Assembly: GCA_946965045.2 (NCBI GenBank)
Contig: OX337229.1
Location: 1,302,001 to 1,366,000, forward strand
Direction of reading: 5' to 3'
Source of the DNA: Epithemia pelagica
Lineage: Eukaryota; Protista; Bacillariophyta
DNA: 64,000 nt
The notes beneath the pieces were generated by a model. The model did not search any database. It was not told where the DNA came from and saw only the letters and a program-made list of their open reading frames with translations. Of the stretch, positions 36,130 through 47,780 are shown one piece after another. A program made the position numbers and the translations under genes. Every line of letters starts with the position of its first letter. The stretch's first letter is position 1.

Positions 36130-36587
36130 ATGTCGTCGCTGCAAGAAGAACCCAAACCGAAGAAACGCAAGGTGAAAGAAGAACAACTAGAAGAGAACGA
36201 TGAGACGGGTGAAGTTGAAAAGGGTGATCTCGAAGCAGGAGGCAATAGCAAGGACGGAGAAGAAGCTGCGGAAGCATTACGGAATGATGAGGGCGAAGCA
36301 TATTTTGAGCTATCAAAGACGCGCCGCGTGACAGTTCGAGCCTTCAAGGGGAGAGTTCTCGTTGATTTCCGCGAGGTAAGTAGGAGTGCTACCTTGCACA
36401 TCACGGGCAATCGCAGCACAGACTGAACTTCTGGCTACATTCATATCAGTTTTACGAAAAGGATGGGAAGATACTTCCGGGGAAAAAGGGGATTTCGTTG
36501 CCTGTGGACCAATACAACGAGTTGGCAAGACGGGTAAAGGAAGGCACAATCGATCGGGAAATAGATTTATTATCCAAAAAGAAATGA
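36130..36587 (+). CDS. SUB1: Transcriptional coactivator p15 (PC4/Sub1)
   Basis: FELSKTRRVTVRAFKGRVLVDFRE|FYEKDGKILPGKKGISL; intron 36376-36449; stop at 36585-36587. Confidence 0.92.
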
Positions 36588-36723
36588 ATAGTGAGGGTCT
36601 ACGAAATAAAGTCTCTCAGATTCATAAGCTACCTAGTGACCTAGTATCTCATACAGTCGATAGTTGCAGTCCAAACCACATCAAATTCGATATGAGAGAG
36701 AGAAAGCCACTCGCAAGAACTGA

Positions 36724-37676
36724 TTAAGGTATGAGAGGTTCAAGAAAAGCATATGAGGGCTCTTGAGTTCTTGCTTCAGCGACATCTTCATACCGAATGG
36801 TATTGCGACCTCGGTGCTTCGCGTTGACATGACTCTGGCGAGCCAGGGTTTTCAAAAAGCTGTATTCCATAATGATAATATACACAGAATGCGAGAGAGG
36901 AGAATTGAACATGAAGTGGTCAGTGTGTCTGTCAATATTAGATTCCACAAAACATTAACAATTTTCACCATAACGTACAGCTCGGCGGCAAGCGTTGTCA
37001 AGATAGCGGCCTCGTTTTGGACTATAGGAATGTCAGGATCAAGTTTCATTGCCTTTTTTACAGTACGGAAAGGAATTGTAAGACCTGCAATTGATGGTGT
37101 CCGACCTTTCCGATTTGTAACAATATGTTGTTGTTTTGTCCTTGGACGTTTTACACCAACTTGCCCGGCAGCAGGCTTTTTCTTCTCACCAGATTCTTCC
37201 TTTCCAGACTGCTTACCACGAGACTTTGACGTTGAGTCTTTGGGTGCGCTAGCCTTTGAGGATTGACTATCCGCTTTTGATGATGTTGGTGGTTCCAACA
37301 CGGTTTCTGAAGCTTTATCAGTAGATATTGCTGTATCCGAAGGTGCAGATTTTGTGGAACCACCATCATCGGCCTCGTTTAACTGTCTTTTCGAAGTCGA
37401 CATCGCATCTTGTTCATCTTCTCCTTCTGAATTTCCATGGTCTTCGTCATTCCGGTTGCCATTTGTTGTGTCCCCAATCTCACTATCATGTTCGTCGTCG
37501 TCATTTTCCCTGCCATCGTTTTCTTCTTCTTCTGCTTCTTCATCATCATTCACATCGTCTAAAATTTCATTCCTTCCAACGTCCTCATCATCCTCGTCCA
37601 TATCAGTCCTATCAGAGACACTTGATCCGTCCTCGACATCGTTGTCATGATCATCTGCTGAATCACTCAAGCTCAT
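36724..37676 (-). CDS. H2A-like histone-fold protein (NF-YC/POLE4/CHRAC1 type) with a long acidic N-terminus
   Basis: IPFRTVKKAMKLDPDI...AAEL|FLKTLARQS...RNTIRYEDVAEA...YAFL; intron 36978-36860. Confidence 0.8.
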
Positions 37677-38081
37677 GGTGGCGCAAGTGAACACACATGG
37701 AAGAAAAAAAGATCTACCGTGATAACCCGGATATATGTTTTATGCTGTGAACCGTGATCACATAGTTTTTTGACGAGGATTTATCTATTCGGGATTCGGG
37801 TAGAGAAGCAATCAGAACAATAGACCAGCAATAGTACGAAATAAACCTGGAAAAGGACGTCTGGCAATCAAAGACGATGAGAACCGAAGAAGTATTCTGC
37901 TCGATACGGCAAAAATATGCGATAAAAAAGTTCTGTTTGGATAATGAGTAATCACATGTGTAACTGTCAGGAAGTTGAATGAAAAAGAGGACTTCTCGGT
38001 TCAAGTAAATGACTAGGTAGACTATAACCCCAGTTGTCTTACAAGAGATGATCTAATCAAACTAGGAGTACTCTCAACTCT

Positions 38082-39770
38082 TTAAAAGGAAGCCATACGT
38101 TGGCTAGCCAGGGGTTTGTCGCGACCTCGTCCAAAGCGTCGACAGTTGCCCACAACTGTGTCACCTCCACCAAGAGATCGCAGCTGGTAGAAAGACAAAT
38201 GATGGATTCGTTTCTTTGTCTGTGGTTTTTCATCAACATGTTCCATATCTTTTTCAAACGAACTGTTTTGAACAAGATCCGGTGGGTTAACCCACGGGTG
38301 AACCAGTAGATCACCGAGAGAAAGGCGATGGCTTGGGTTCTCCCACAGCATGTTTTGAAGCAAATGAACTACGCTTGAACTCAGATCCTGCATTATCGGA
38401 AGTTTGTGAAGGTTCCCTCGTATACTTATCTGCACAAAGCGAGAATCTAACTCGTTCGCAATGCTAAACGGCGCAGATCCTGTGAGCATCACAAAAAGAG
38501 AGACCCCCAGAGCCCATAAATCGACCGCAAAGCCATCAAAGCAACATTCGTTCAATGCAGTCTTATTGCTCGAAGAATTCGTCGGTTGATGAGCCCCATG
38601 TACCAGTTCCGGTGCCATGTACATTGGGTTTCCTCCGTTGCATGCACTCAGGTTCTGGGGGATGCAGCATTGTATCAACCTACGAGAGGTTCCCTCGGAA
38701 ACGTCGGAAATTCCACCTCCTCCCATATTCGATTCGTCAACATATGGTATACGACGTGCCAAGCCAAAGTCAGACAAAACCAAGTTCCCATCAATGTCAA
38801 TCAAAATATTCTCGAGACATAGTCCCCCATGGCAAATCCCTTTTTTCTGGAGATGAGAAATTCCCTCAAGGAGATGGCCAAACCACTCTCTCGCATGACT
38901 TTCAACAAGCCGACGAGAAGAAGAAGAAGAGGAAGAAGAAGACCTGCTGGTTACTGATCCAGTGGAAGAGTCGACCGATGACACTGAGGAACTGCTTCCA
39001 CCTCCAGCGACGAGCGTACTGTGTAAATCACGGCCTGGACAATACGGAAGAACTGTGTAGATGTACTGATCGTCTTGAAACGCCTCATGACAGCCCAAAA
39101 CGTGCGGATGATAGTTTCCCACATATTGCTGAGCTGCAACTTCGGAGAATGGATCTTGCGAGAAAACTCCCCGATTATCACGTCGAATTCTGTCCTTTTG
39201 GGATACCTTGAGAACTACCAATTCATCCGTTGTCTCCCACTCTCCCTCACAGTCATAATCGGACGAAAGGGTGGAGCTGCTGTCATCATCAGACGACGTC
39301 AATCCAGCATTTGACAAAGATCTTGGACGAAGCAATATACATAGGCGAAGTTGTCCATTAGATGATTTCGCGATCCTTTTCTTGGTCAGGTACGCATGGT
39401 TCGGATGATGAAGAAAAGGGTCACCTATTCCGATATGTCTTGTTCGGTCCACAAGCCGTTGTTTTTGAGGTGTCAAGGCAGGAAGGGGTACCAGAATGTT
39501 TTTAGCGGTAATACGCCCTCCTGTGATATGGTCAACTACTGGAACATTTTTCCAGTGTTCCGTCTGTCCAATGACTGGTTTCGGAAAGTCGAGAGGGGAC
39601 ACAGGAGGACTGAGAACATCAATTTCATGGGAGCTTTGACCGATTAGAGACAAGTCATGTCCGGAGTTGATGCTATGAAACAGAAGAGAGTTGGCCTTGT
39701 GCCCACGATCGTCATACATCTTGCGACAAAGAGACACAGAGACCGAGACAGAGAAGCGTAGCAGGTGCAA
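38082..39770 (-). CDS. CAMK-like Ser/Thr kinase-fold protein lacking the catalytic Asp (predicted pseudokinase)
   Basis: VLK, DPFSEVAA, HGGLCLEN (in place of HRDLSLEN), DFG, YMAPE and DLWALGV. Likely start at 39770 or 39719. Confidence 0.8.
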   Translation of the reverse strand: MHLLRFSVSVSVSLCRKMYDDRGHKANSLLFHSINSGHDLSLIGQSSHEIDVLSPPVSPLDFPKPVIGQTEHWKNVPVVDHITGGRITAKNILVPLPALTPQKQRLVDRTRHIGIGDPFLHHPNHAYLTKKRIAKSSNGQLRLCILLRPRSLSNAGLTSSDDDSSSTLSSDYDCEGEWETTDELVVLKVSQKDRIRRDNRGVFSQDPFSEVAAQQYVGNYHPHVLGCHEAFQDDQYIYTVLPYCPGRDLHSTLVAGGGSSSSVSSVDSSTGSVTSRSSSSSSSSSRRLVESHAREWFGHLLEGISHLQKKGICHGGLCLENILIDIDGNLVLSDFGLARRIPYVDESNMGGGGISDVSEGTSRRLIQCCIPQNLSACNGGNPMYMAPELVHGAHQPTNSSSNKTALNECCFDGFAVDLWALGVSLFVMLTGSAPFSIANELDSRFVQISIRGNLHKLPIMQDLSSSVVHLLQNMLWENPSHRLSLGDLLVHPWVNPPDLVQNSSFEKDMEHVDEKPQTKKRIHHLSFYQLRSLGGGDTVVGNCRRFGRGRDKPLASQRMASF

Positions 39771-40939
39771 GGTGGATTCTGTGGACTTGCTTCCAGTTTC
39801 GATGAACCTCCAAAGTGTGCATCCGTAATGCTCGAAGCAAACTGTCCCAAGACTGGTTATGGCGGCTGTGGTAACAGTTATCTCAAGTTGTCACCAAAAA
39901 CCATGTCTAGAGAGATAAAAAAGAGCGAACAAAGACAGGATTCATTGCTACAAGTAGTCCGGCGGGGGCGGGGGCATTGGCCACATAATGTGAGCGAATA
40001 ATACCACGATCCAAACTGATAATTTGGCCAACGGTTAAGTATGATTCGTGAAAACATGAGCCAGTCAAGAGTCAACATACGGCGACTGCTGACAACCTCA
40101 GAATACCAATGGATTTGGAGATCTGCGACGAAAATGGTTGTTTGGCTAAGGCAACATGACACATTACCATTCGATTGAATTATCAATGTCCTTTCTTCAG
40201 GTTACGATGCATTGACATACAAAAGATCTGAAGCGGTTGGAGGTCGGCGGCACTCCGCCATCGTCATCAGTAATCAGTTGCTTCGGCGGGGTTATCGAAA
40301 ATCGATGCCATCTTGGTCTTGTAGCTGGCGTGCGTTCTGGGGGATGGCGGAACGGACGGCGGGGCCTCAACCTCCTCAAACCCACATCTTTCTCATCCTC
40401 ATACAAATTCGTCCCGCTGATCTTTGTACAACATGCGTTGTCTGTTGTGGTCCCTTGTCATTTGCCATGTTTGCCTAATTACTCCTATTTGTTACGTCAC
40501 TTACCGATTTACGATAGTCGGTCAGTCACGTTGAGAATTGAGAGCCTGGTCTGTTGGGTCCTTCTTCTCGACATCACCATGAATCATCACGGGGTGGGTC
40601 GATGGGTAAGCCTGAACATGTCGTAGTGATGAGAAGCGATCGAAAGAGGAACGCGTTGATCAACTAGAGAATAATCTAGACCAGACGCACTCCCCTCAAC
40701 ATCAACATTCCAAGTGACATGACAAAGCAACATCGCAGCGCTCCTTCCACAAACCGCAATCCATATGATGAACCAGGACTATCTCTAGGTAGCAGCAGCT
40801 CTAAGTCCAGAGTTCGTACTTTACGTGTTTCTCGGTTCAATATTCGCTCGAATGATCCAATCTGCATTCTGCTGTTACTGTCCTGAAAAGGTGTCACAAG
40901 TCACAAGTATTCCTATCCGTTGTAGTCCTACCGTAGTAA

Positions 40940-41543
40940 GGGCTGGGTAAGCCGATCCATGTTCGGCTAAGTAGGCTCAGTACATTAACCTACGTAGAGT
41001 ACATAAAATCACATAGTACACGTCACGCCGGAAATGGTCGGAATTTCAAGAAAATGCAAAAACGCTCGACAATGATGGCGAGATCCGGTGACGCCGTATG
41101 CATTCACCCATGCATCGCATAAACATCCAACCACCGTAAGTTCTTTGCCTTTACCCTTGAAATTGTTGTCTGAAATTACAGAAGATTTGCCAAGTTGGCT
41201 GAAAAGGTACGCTCATTTTTCTGCAGTGATGAAATCGAACGACCGCCCTAACTCACTCATTTTTCAATGCTGACTCGACCGAATTGAAAGCATAGTCACT
41301 CTAGTAGTAAATAATCTCATTGTTAAAGCGGTCGAGTCAAGCTCTATTATTGAGGAAGTTATGGTCATGGGGGTGATGGCTTCCACCATTGTCGAGCGAT
41401 GGCTTCCAATTTGCATTGTTTCTCGTGGCAGCAAGTTTTCGATTTGAGACCATCCGCCCCACTTAATACACTGATGAAAATAGTACTACGTAGCTTAATG
41501 TACTGAGCCTACTTAGCCGAACATGGATCGGCTTGCCCAGCCC
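40940..41543. mobile_element. Non-autonomous TIR element (MITE-like, PIF/Harbinger-type), 604 bp
   Basis: 58-bp TIRs with 2 mismatches (GGGCTGGG[T/C]AAGCCGATCCATGTTCGGCTAAGTAGGCTCAGTACATTAA[C/G]CTACGTAG). Flanks are TAA (40937-39) and TTA (41544-46). No transposase ORF. Confidence 0.88.
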
Positions 41544-41823
41544 TTAGAAGCCTAAATCTACTACTCCTAGCTACTCCTCTAGGTAGGAGTACTATGACCG
41601 GACAAGGGTAGCAAATTTTTTACCTAATTTTGGGGATGTGGAATATGGATCCCCCTTAAGTGGTATATAGAGGGGGCGGTCTTATGCCCCCACTTCTCAC
41701 GGCCGACACGCACGCGAAGAAGACCGCGACAACGACAACAACAGCACCAGCGTCGTCGTCTGTACAAGCAACAGCCGAGCGACTCTTTTTCATTGTCTTG
41801 AACTGCTGATTGGATATCCCATC

Positions 41824-42206
41824 ATGGTATCTGGTGCTATTTCACGATCACGTCCGCTCTTGAAGCCGACGCGCCAAATCGGCATGGCCATGTCGAAGTG
41901 GTGGAAGAAAACCCCCAACCCTGCTGCGGACGGTGAGGTAAGTCGCCAACGGCAAATTCTCCTCCGAGTGCTGGACCATTTTTCTCATGTCCTGCTTTAC
42001 ATTACTTCCATATATTACAGATCAGAATGCATCTTTCAATGCACGAGAACCAACCTGTCTATCCATGGCTCTTGACCTTTCCCAAGAAGGTCGTTCAACG
42101 CGCTCACCGATATCTCTACCCTTTGGCAAGTGGCCTGATGATTTATGCTGTGCAACTCTACGGTTTGGAAGGTGAAAGACTCGAAGATTTTGAGCACCGC
42201 TTTTAA
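41824..42206 (+). CDS. Small spliced gene, 99 aa, resembling cytochrome bc1 complex subunit 8 (QCR8/UQCRQ)
   Basis: Exon 1 is 41824-41937, intron 41938-42020 (gtaagt...tacag), exon 2 is 42021-42206. Product ...KWWKKTP...IRMHLSMHENQP...one TM helix...FEHRF*; the WW motif and EHRF end recall fungal and plant QCR8. Confidence 0.6.
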
Positions 42207-42486
42207 CTCGTAACAGCGAGATCTTAGAAGCAACTAGAACTATATGAATCCATGCCTATTGTCCTGCATTAAATCACATGCGTGCACAGAGATTATTAGC
42301 AAATTAGCCTAAAAGCCATTTTTCAACGTTGTTTGTGTTTCCACTAGCTTTATGGTTGTCGCTATCTTGTGATACACAAAATAACATGATGAAGGAGTTC
42401 TAGTTTTATTTTTATGATTCGCGAGATCGCAAGGTAGACTTGAACCAAATAGCGCTACGATTGGCTTCCCGCAGCATAACAACATC

Positions 42487-43894
42487 TCAATAATACGGAA
42501 GGGGTTCGGTGGGTGCCGGGGCTTGTACCTCACCTTGAGCTACCCATGGGTGCGCCATCACCTGAGACAATGTCAACCTATCACGGGGATTTAGGCGAAG
42601 CATCCGTTGCAGCAGGTCGCCCGCTTCATCTGACAAAAATATATCCCAATTCCTTAGCTGCTCAACTAATCTCCCTCCAACAATCAAATCAAAACGCTGG
42701 TCAGTGCGGCAGGCTTGATCATACGGAGGAAATCCAGTCAACATAATGTACAAGATCACGCCAGCTGCCCACAGATCAATTGCAAAACCATCCATGCTTT
42801 CCTGGTTCGCGAAAACTTCAGGGGACTGAACAGACACGTTGGGAGATAATCAAGAGATATGCGTCAGTTGGCTTGGAATGAAATCATTCTGTGCTGGCTC
42901 TTGAACAGAAACTTACCATGTAGTTGTGCTTCCCACAGACACCTTGTGGTCTGATCAACCTTCTAGTTGTTCCTCGAGTAACGTCAGTGGTCGGGCCTCC
43001 TGGATTGGAAGGGTCGTTGTAAGGAACCCGTAGACACATTCCAAAATCAATGATCATACATGTGTCACCATCAACCAGGATGTTTTCCAAGGACAGATCA
43101 CGATGGCAAATTCCTTGTGTTTGCAAATGATGCAAACCCCACAATATCTGACGAAACCAGTGCCGGGCCACTGGTTCCGGCATACCAATCTCACCTCCAC
43201 TTTCTTCGGCATACTGGACAACAATTCCAAACAAATCACCGTCACGGCAATAAGGCATAACCGAGTACAAAAAGTCCCCGTCCTGGAGAACTTCGGTGCT
43301 TCCCAGAACGTAGGTGTTGTTCTGGTGTCCTTGTTGCTGTAATCCGAGGAGCTGCATTGCCGCAACTTCCTTGACTGGGTCTTCAAGGAGACGCCCGCGC
43401 ATTTGATGGACCTTGGCCCAGCTCACCATTTTAATTGCAACGTGTTGTCCAGTTATCTCCCATACTATCGGTGCGGCCGGAGATCCTGGCTGAACTCCCG
43501 CAGCACGTGCAGCATCATCCGCTGCGACACCATGGTGACGCCTGAGAACCAAGCAAGCCCAAACGGAGCCGTATATGGCATCCTGAAGACGTCGTTGAGG
43601 CCAATAAGCCAGAACCTCCTCTGTACCAGAATTCTTTTGAGCATGGGGAGGAATGATTGGAGCAATGGCACCAGCTACACGAGGTTCAGGTGGTGCGGAA
43701 GTACCTGTCAAATCCTCTCGATGAATTACACCAGTGCATACTTGTCGACTACCAGTCATCGGATGAACAACCAAGGCACTGACCCTGACTCCGGCACGGA
43801 CACGCGGCGGAGGGAAATCCAAGGGACGCACAGCATCTCCAGCAGACTCCACATCAACGAAGGTTTGTGAAGATTGAGCACCCAATTCCTCCAT
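42487..43894 (-). CDS. Ser/Thr protein kinase (CAMK-like), catalytically intact
   Basis: VAIK, EDPVKEVAAM, HRDLSLEN, DFG, GKHNYM|SPE (intron 42916-42826) and DLWAAGVILY. ATG at 43894. Confidence 0.93.
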
Positions 43895-45332
43895 CTTGTT
43901 ATAGATAATGATCGCAATTGATGATATAGAATCGGTTTTTGATTTCGCTTTCCTCAGATTTGTGTGACTTTTTTGTGTTTGCTTCTGATGAAACAAACAG
44001 GATCAATCGCCAAGGCGATCGTGGTTGTCGATAGCAGTGCCGATTCTTAGAGCCTCTTTTGCTTATTGATATTGGCAATCAACTAGGAAATGGTGGAAAT
44101 CCCGATTGAAACGCTTCCAATGTCACCCAATCCGTACCAACCTGCGCATTCACCTAGATTGTTGGAGATTGTCGGACTGTCTTGTCAACGTAAGGCCGCC
44201 ACTATCAAATTCTTTTTGAAACAATCAGAAAGTATGTATGTATTTGAGTGATCGTACTGTGCAACCAATACGTCCGATACTGAGAAAAAAGAATGCAGCC
44301 GAGATCCTTGGAGGGTCTTTTCGCAGTCTAAAGATGCGCTGTTGAACGTCGCAAGACACAGCGCAAAGTATTGTGCCAGTGAAAAAGTGCACCAACTCGA
44401 CATAGCCAAAATAGCGGAGGAGTGTCTTGTCGTCGTCAGGATTCGGGACTGAACCAAATCCCAAATCCACTCTCGCCGAAAGACGAGTAACTACCCATAA
44501 GTAGCCTTATCATTGTCCTAGCTAGAAGTACTTGGTGCAGCAGTGCTTCCCTGCAATGAAGAAGAAGAGTAGAAATTGACAGATGAACAATGTCTATGCA
44601 TCCACCCCTTGTTTGTAGTAGAACGCAAGTGATGAAGAAGCAATCTGGTGGTCAAGTTAGTACGGATGGACTAGACTGGTAAAAGGGTCAATGCTCATGG
44701 AGCCGGATTTGCGTACAAAACGTGCTGAATTCATTGGCTTGAGAAATCGTTCTGAATTCTGGCCTTTTGTATGCTTTGCACGAGCTGAACTGTTAGGTCG
44801 AATCTAGTCTGAGCACCGGAATCAAAAAGGACGCAGCATACATTTTCCTCTCTTGGAGAAGATGGGAGAAGAAGCGATCTCTTGTGCCGCTATCAATTAA
44901 ACTAAAGCTTCTGGATATGCGATACTCCTCCTTGTAATGCTGAAGGTGATGGGTGATGCCTACTCCTCTCTCCTTGGAGTAGGAGTAGCACCTTGACCGG
45001 TTGTGTTCATCGCGCTCTCTAGCTAATGGGTCTACCCGTGCTGAAGATTGGTTTGACGAACGAGTCATGGTTGACAAACTCAAGCCACACGCGCATCTGT
45101 TTGCGCGATACTGAGACATTTTCCCATATGTCACTCTAGCTAGGTATTGTAGTGCACCTGCATCACACGACCAGGACCGTGCGTCGATCGAGCGGTGTCG
45201 GGAAACGAGAAGAAACAATTGAATCTCGAGAACAACACAAAACACACGGCGCTTTCATTTTCCACGAAGGCCTAAAAGTGGCTTCTGCAACGAGAGATCG
45301 AACATCGAACTTCTTTTTGAGACAGAACCACC

Positions 45333-46101
45333 ATGGAAGTCGCATCACCTTTACAGTTCGCGCCATCGGGCACCAAAAGACCTTTCGCCTACCCAGTCCA
45401 AAGAATGGATTCACCTGGCTGTGGTGGTGTCGTAATGGAAGACGGTTGCGACCCCGCGCAGCCGCGGACTGTGAAACGCCGGCGATACCACGCGGACAAT
45501 ACAGCTGAGCCCGGATCCCCTTTTCATTCTCCGCCATTTGCCAGCAGCCAGCATATTCTTTTCTCACCAAGTACGTGAAATGACCTGCGTCTTTGTGGCC
45601 CTGAATATGGCTCTCTTTGAGCATGGTTTGGCGCTCCAGTTTTCATGTGGTGCATGAAATTATGTGTTGATTTTATCTTGTTTTCAATTGTGCTAACTCC
45701 ATTTATTCGCTTTCTCCGATTCCGCAGATCAATCGTTGAAAAGGACTCGCTCGTCGGGGACTACTGTTGAGCAGCTAAATCGTGTGGTTGAAGAACAAGC
45801 AGCAGTGATTGAATCATTAAAATCCGAGAAAAAGGAGCTACAGAGCTCCTTTGATACTCTGAAAGCAGAAAACGAGCGTTCGCAGAAAGAGAATCACATC
45901 TTGAGACGGGCAGTTCAAATCCAACAAGATAGACAAAATCAAGCAGAGAATGAATTGAAGAATGCTGTCAAGTACCGTGAAGGCGCCGAAGAACAAATAC
46001 GGAAGATGGAACAAATGATCATCTCGCTTCGGTACCATCTACAAGCACGAAATTCCACTGGGAATGACTTCATGGGCATTCCGCCACCGAATGTTTTCTG
46101 A
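45333..46101 (+). CDS. Small coiled-coil protein (C-terminus resembles the tail of plant CUE-domain proteins)
   Basis: Exon 1 is 45333-45570, intron 45571-45727, then a coiled-coil exon with ENHILRRAVQIQQDRQ...LRYHLQA. Confidence 0.65.
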
Positions 46102-46209
46102 CAAGGGATTTTCAGTCCTCGTGGAACGTAGAGTTACACCCCCGGCATCGAGAAGATTTGATCTTGTCGGGGCATGTTGAACCACTTAAGATGCATTTAC
46201 ATACTTCGC

Positions 46210-46292
46210 AGTCTTTTCCCGTGCTGTCATAGGCGACAGGTGCTTTCCTTTTAGGTAGTCTTTTCCCGTGCCGTCATAGGCGACAGGTGCTT
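46210..46292. repeat. Direct repeat of 36 bp, 47-bp period
   Basis: agtcttttcccgtgc[t/c]gtcataggcgacaggtgctt at 46210-46245 and 46257-46292. Confidence 0.92.
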
Positions 46293-46409
46293 GCCTTGGA
46301 GGAATTGCTGGATTACGATAAAGTGGACTAAACTTATGTGGAACTAACTTCACACGTTTGCAGAGAGAAAAAACACATCGTCAATTGGACTTGGACAAAT
46401 ACATGATAC

Positions 46410-47780
46410 CTAGTCGTCTTCATCAGACTCTTCATCGTCACTCTCTTCTTCTTCCTGGAGCCAAACGACAACGGGTTCGGCTTCACCTCGAATGGCAGCA
46501 CGAGCATCTTCATCCACAACGTCAAGGGTATACTCAGAGCGACCTTCGTCCGCCCATTCCAGAATGGTTTCTTCAGCAAGGGCATCTTCGTCAAACAATA
46601 GCTTGATCATGGCGGCAAAGTGTTTGGGTTTTTCCACGTACAAAGCTTCCATCGCAGCAATTAGATGGCGCTCCATGATACGACCGCCGCCTGTGATAGC
46701 TTTGATTGCGGGGAGATACTTCTGGATTTGATCAATCTTAAAAGAAAGTGGGGCAATGGTGGCACGAATAAGGATAAGAAGCTTGAATTGCGATTTAAGA
46801 GCCGAAGCCATCTGCTGGTTTGTCACATATTCAACCAATTCAGCTGTTGAGAAATTGGGTTTGCTGTCGATGTACTTCTCGGTCGCTTCTACAGCAAGGA
46901 GCAATGCTCCATCGTCATCAACACCAGCCTCTTCTGTGTCATCTTCATTGGAATCATCTTCATCAAAAGTATCTTCATCTTTCTTCCCGAACAACGCGTC
47001 CTTGATATAGTCCTTCTCACCATTCTCTGTCAAAGCATTGACTCCACTCGTCAGTCGTCATGAAATATCAAGCATAGAATCAAGTCTCGTCCACTTACCT
47101 TTGTCTTTTCCGTTCGACTTCTTATCTTTCTTCTTGTCTTTCTTTCTCTTCTTCTCATCGTCACTTCCATCTTTATCCTTTTTCTTGTCCTTCTTTGATT
47201 TCTTGATGTCATCCTGTTGCGATGAAAATGAGACGTAAGTGTACGGCCATGTTGCCACGCCGCGAAAGCTAGAAAAAGCGCGAAAACTCACCTTCTTGTT
47301 TTTACCCTTATCTTTCTTTGCTTTCTTCTCTTCTGCCAGGATGAAGTTGCAAAGACGATGGCTCATGTCAACCATCTCCTTGGCACCACAAGCGGCACAT
47401 TTATGGTAAATGGTTTCGTTCTTGATCTTGTAGTTTGTTTCAGGAAGCCCACAATTAGGGCACAAAACAAACTTCTCAATGTATTTGTGGATCAGTTCTT
47501 GCAACACCGCATCGGTGTGAGCCCCGTTAACAATTGCACGATCTGTATCGGCTGCATAACGAGACTGAGCACCCAATTCTGTTCCGAAGAACTTGTTTAC
47601 CTCACCAGGAGAGCGATGAAGGGAAGTGGAAACCTCCGAAATGTTTGGAATCGCTGTTTTGATACCGTTCCCTGAGCCTTCAATCTTGCCATACACGGCA
47701 GGCATCTTATAACGATACTCTGGATCGTCAACTGGTGTCAACCCAGCAATGTTGATAACGGTTCCACCCCGTACCACCAT
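46410..47780 (-). CDS. EIF5: Translation initiation factor eIF5
   Basis: DPEYRYKMP, EGSGNGIKT, KFFGTELGAQ, zinc ribbon CPNC...CAAC, Lys/Asp-rich linker and W2 domain ending VVWLQEEEESDDEE. Short internal introns. Confidence 0.94.

Noticed and set aside
39878-40900. Short ORFs between the pseudokinase and the second TIR element
   Set aside because: No motif and no consistent splice model could be built.
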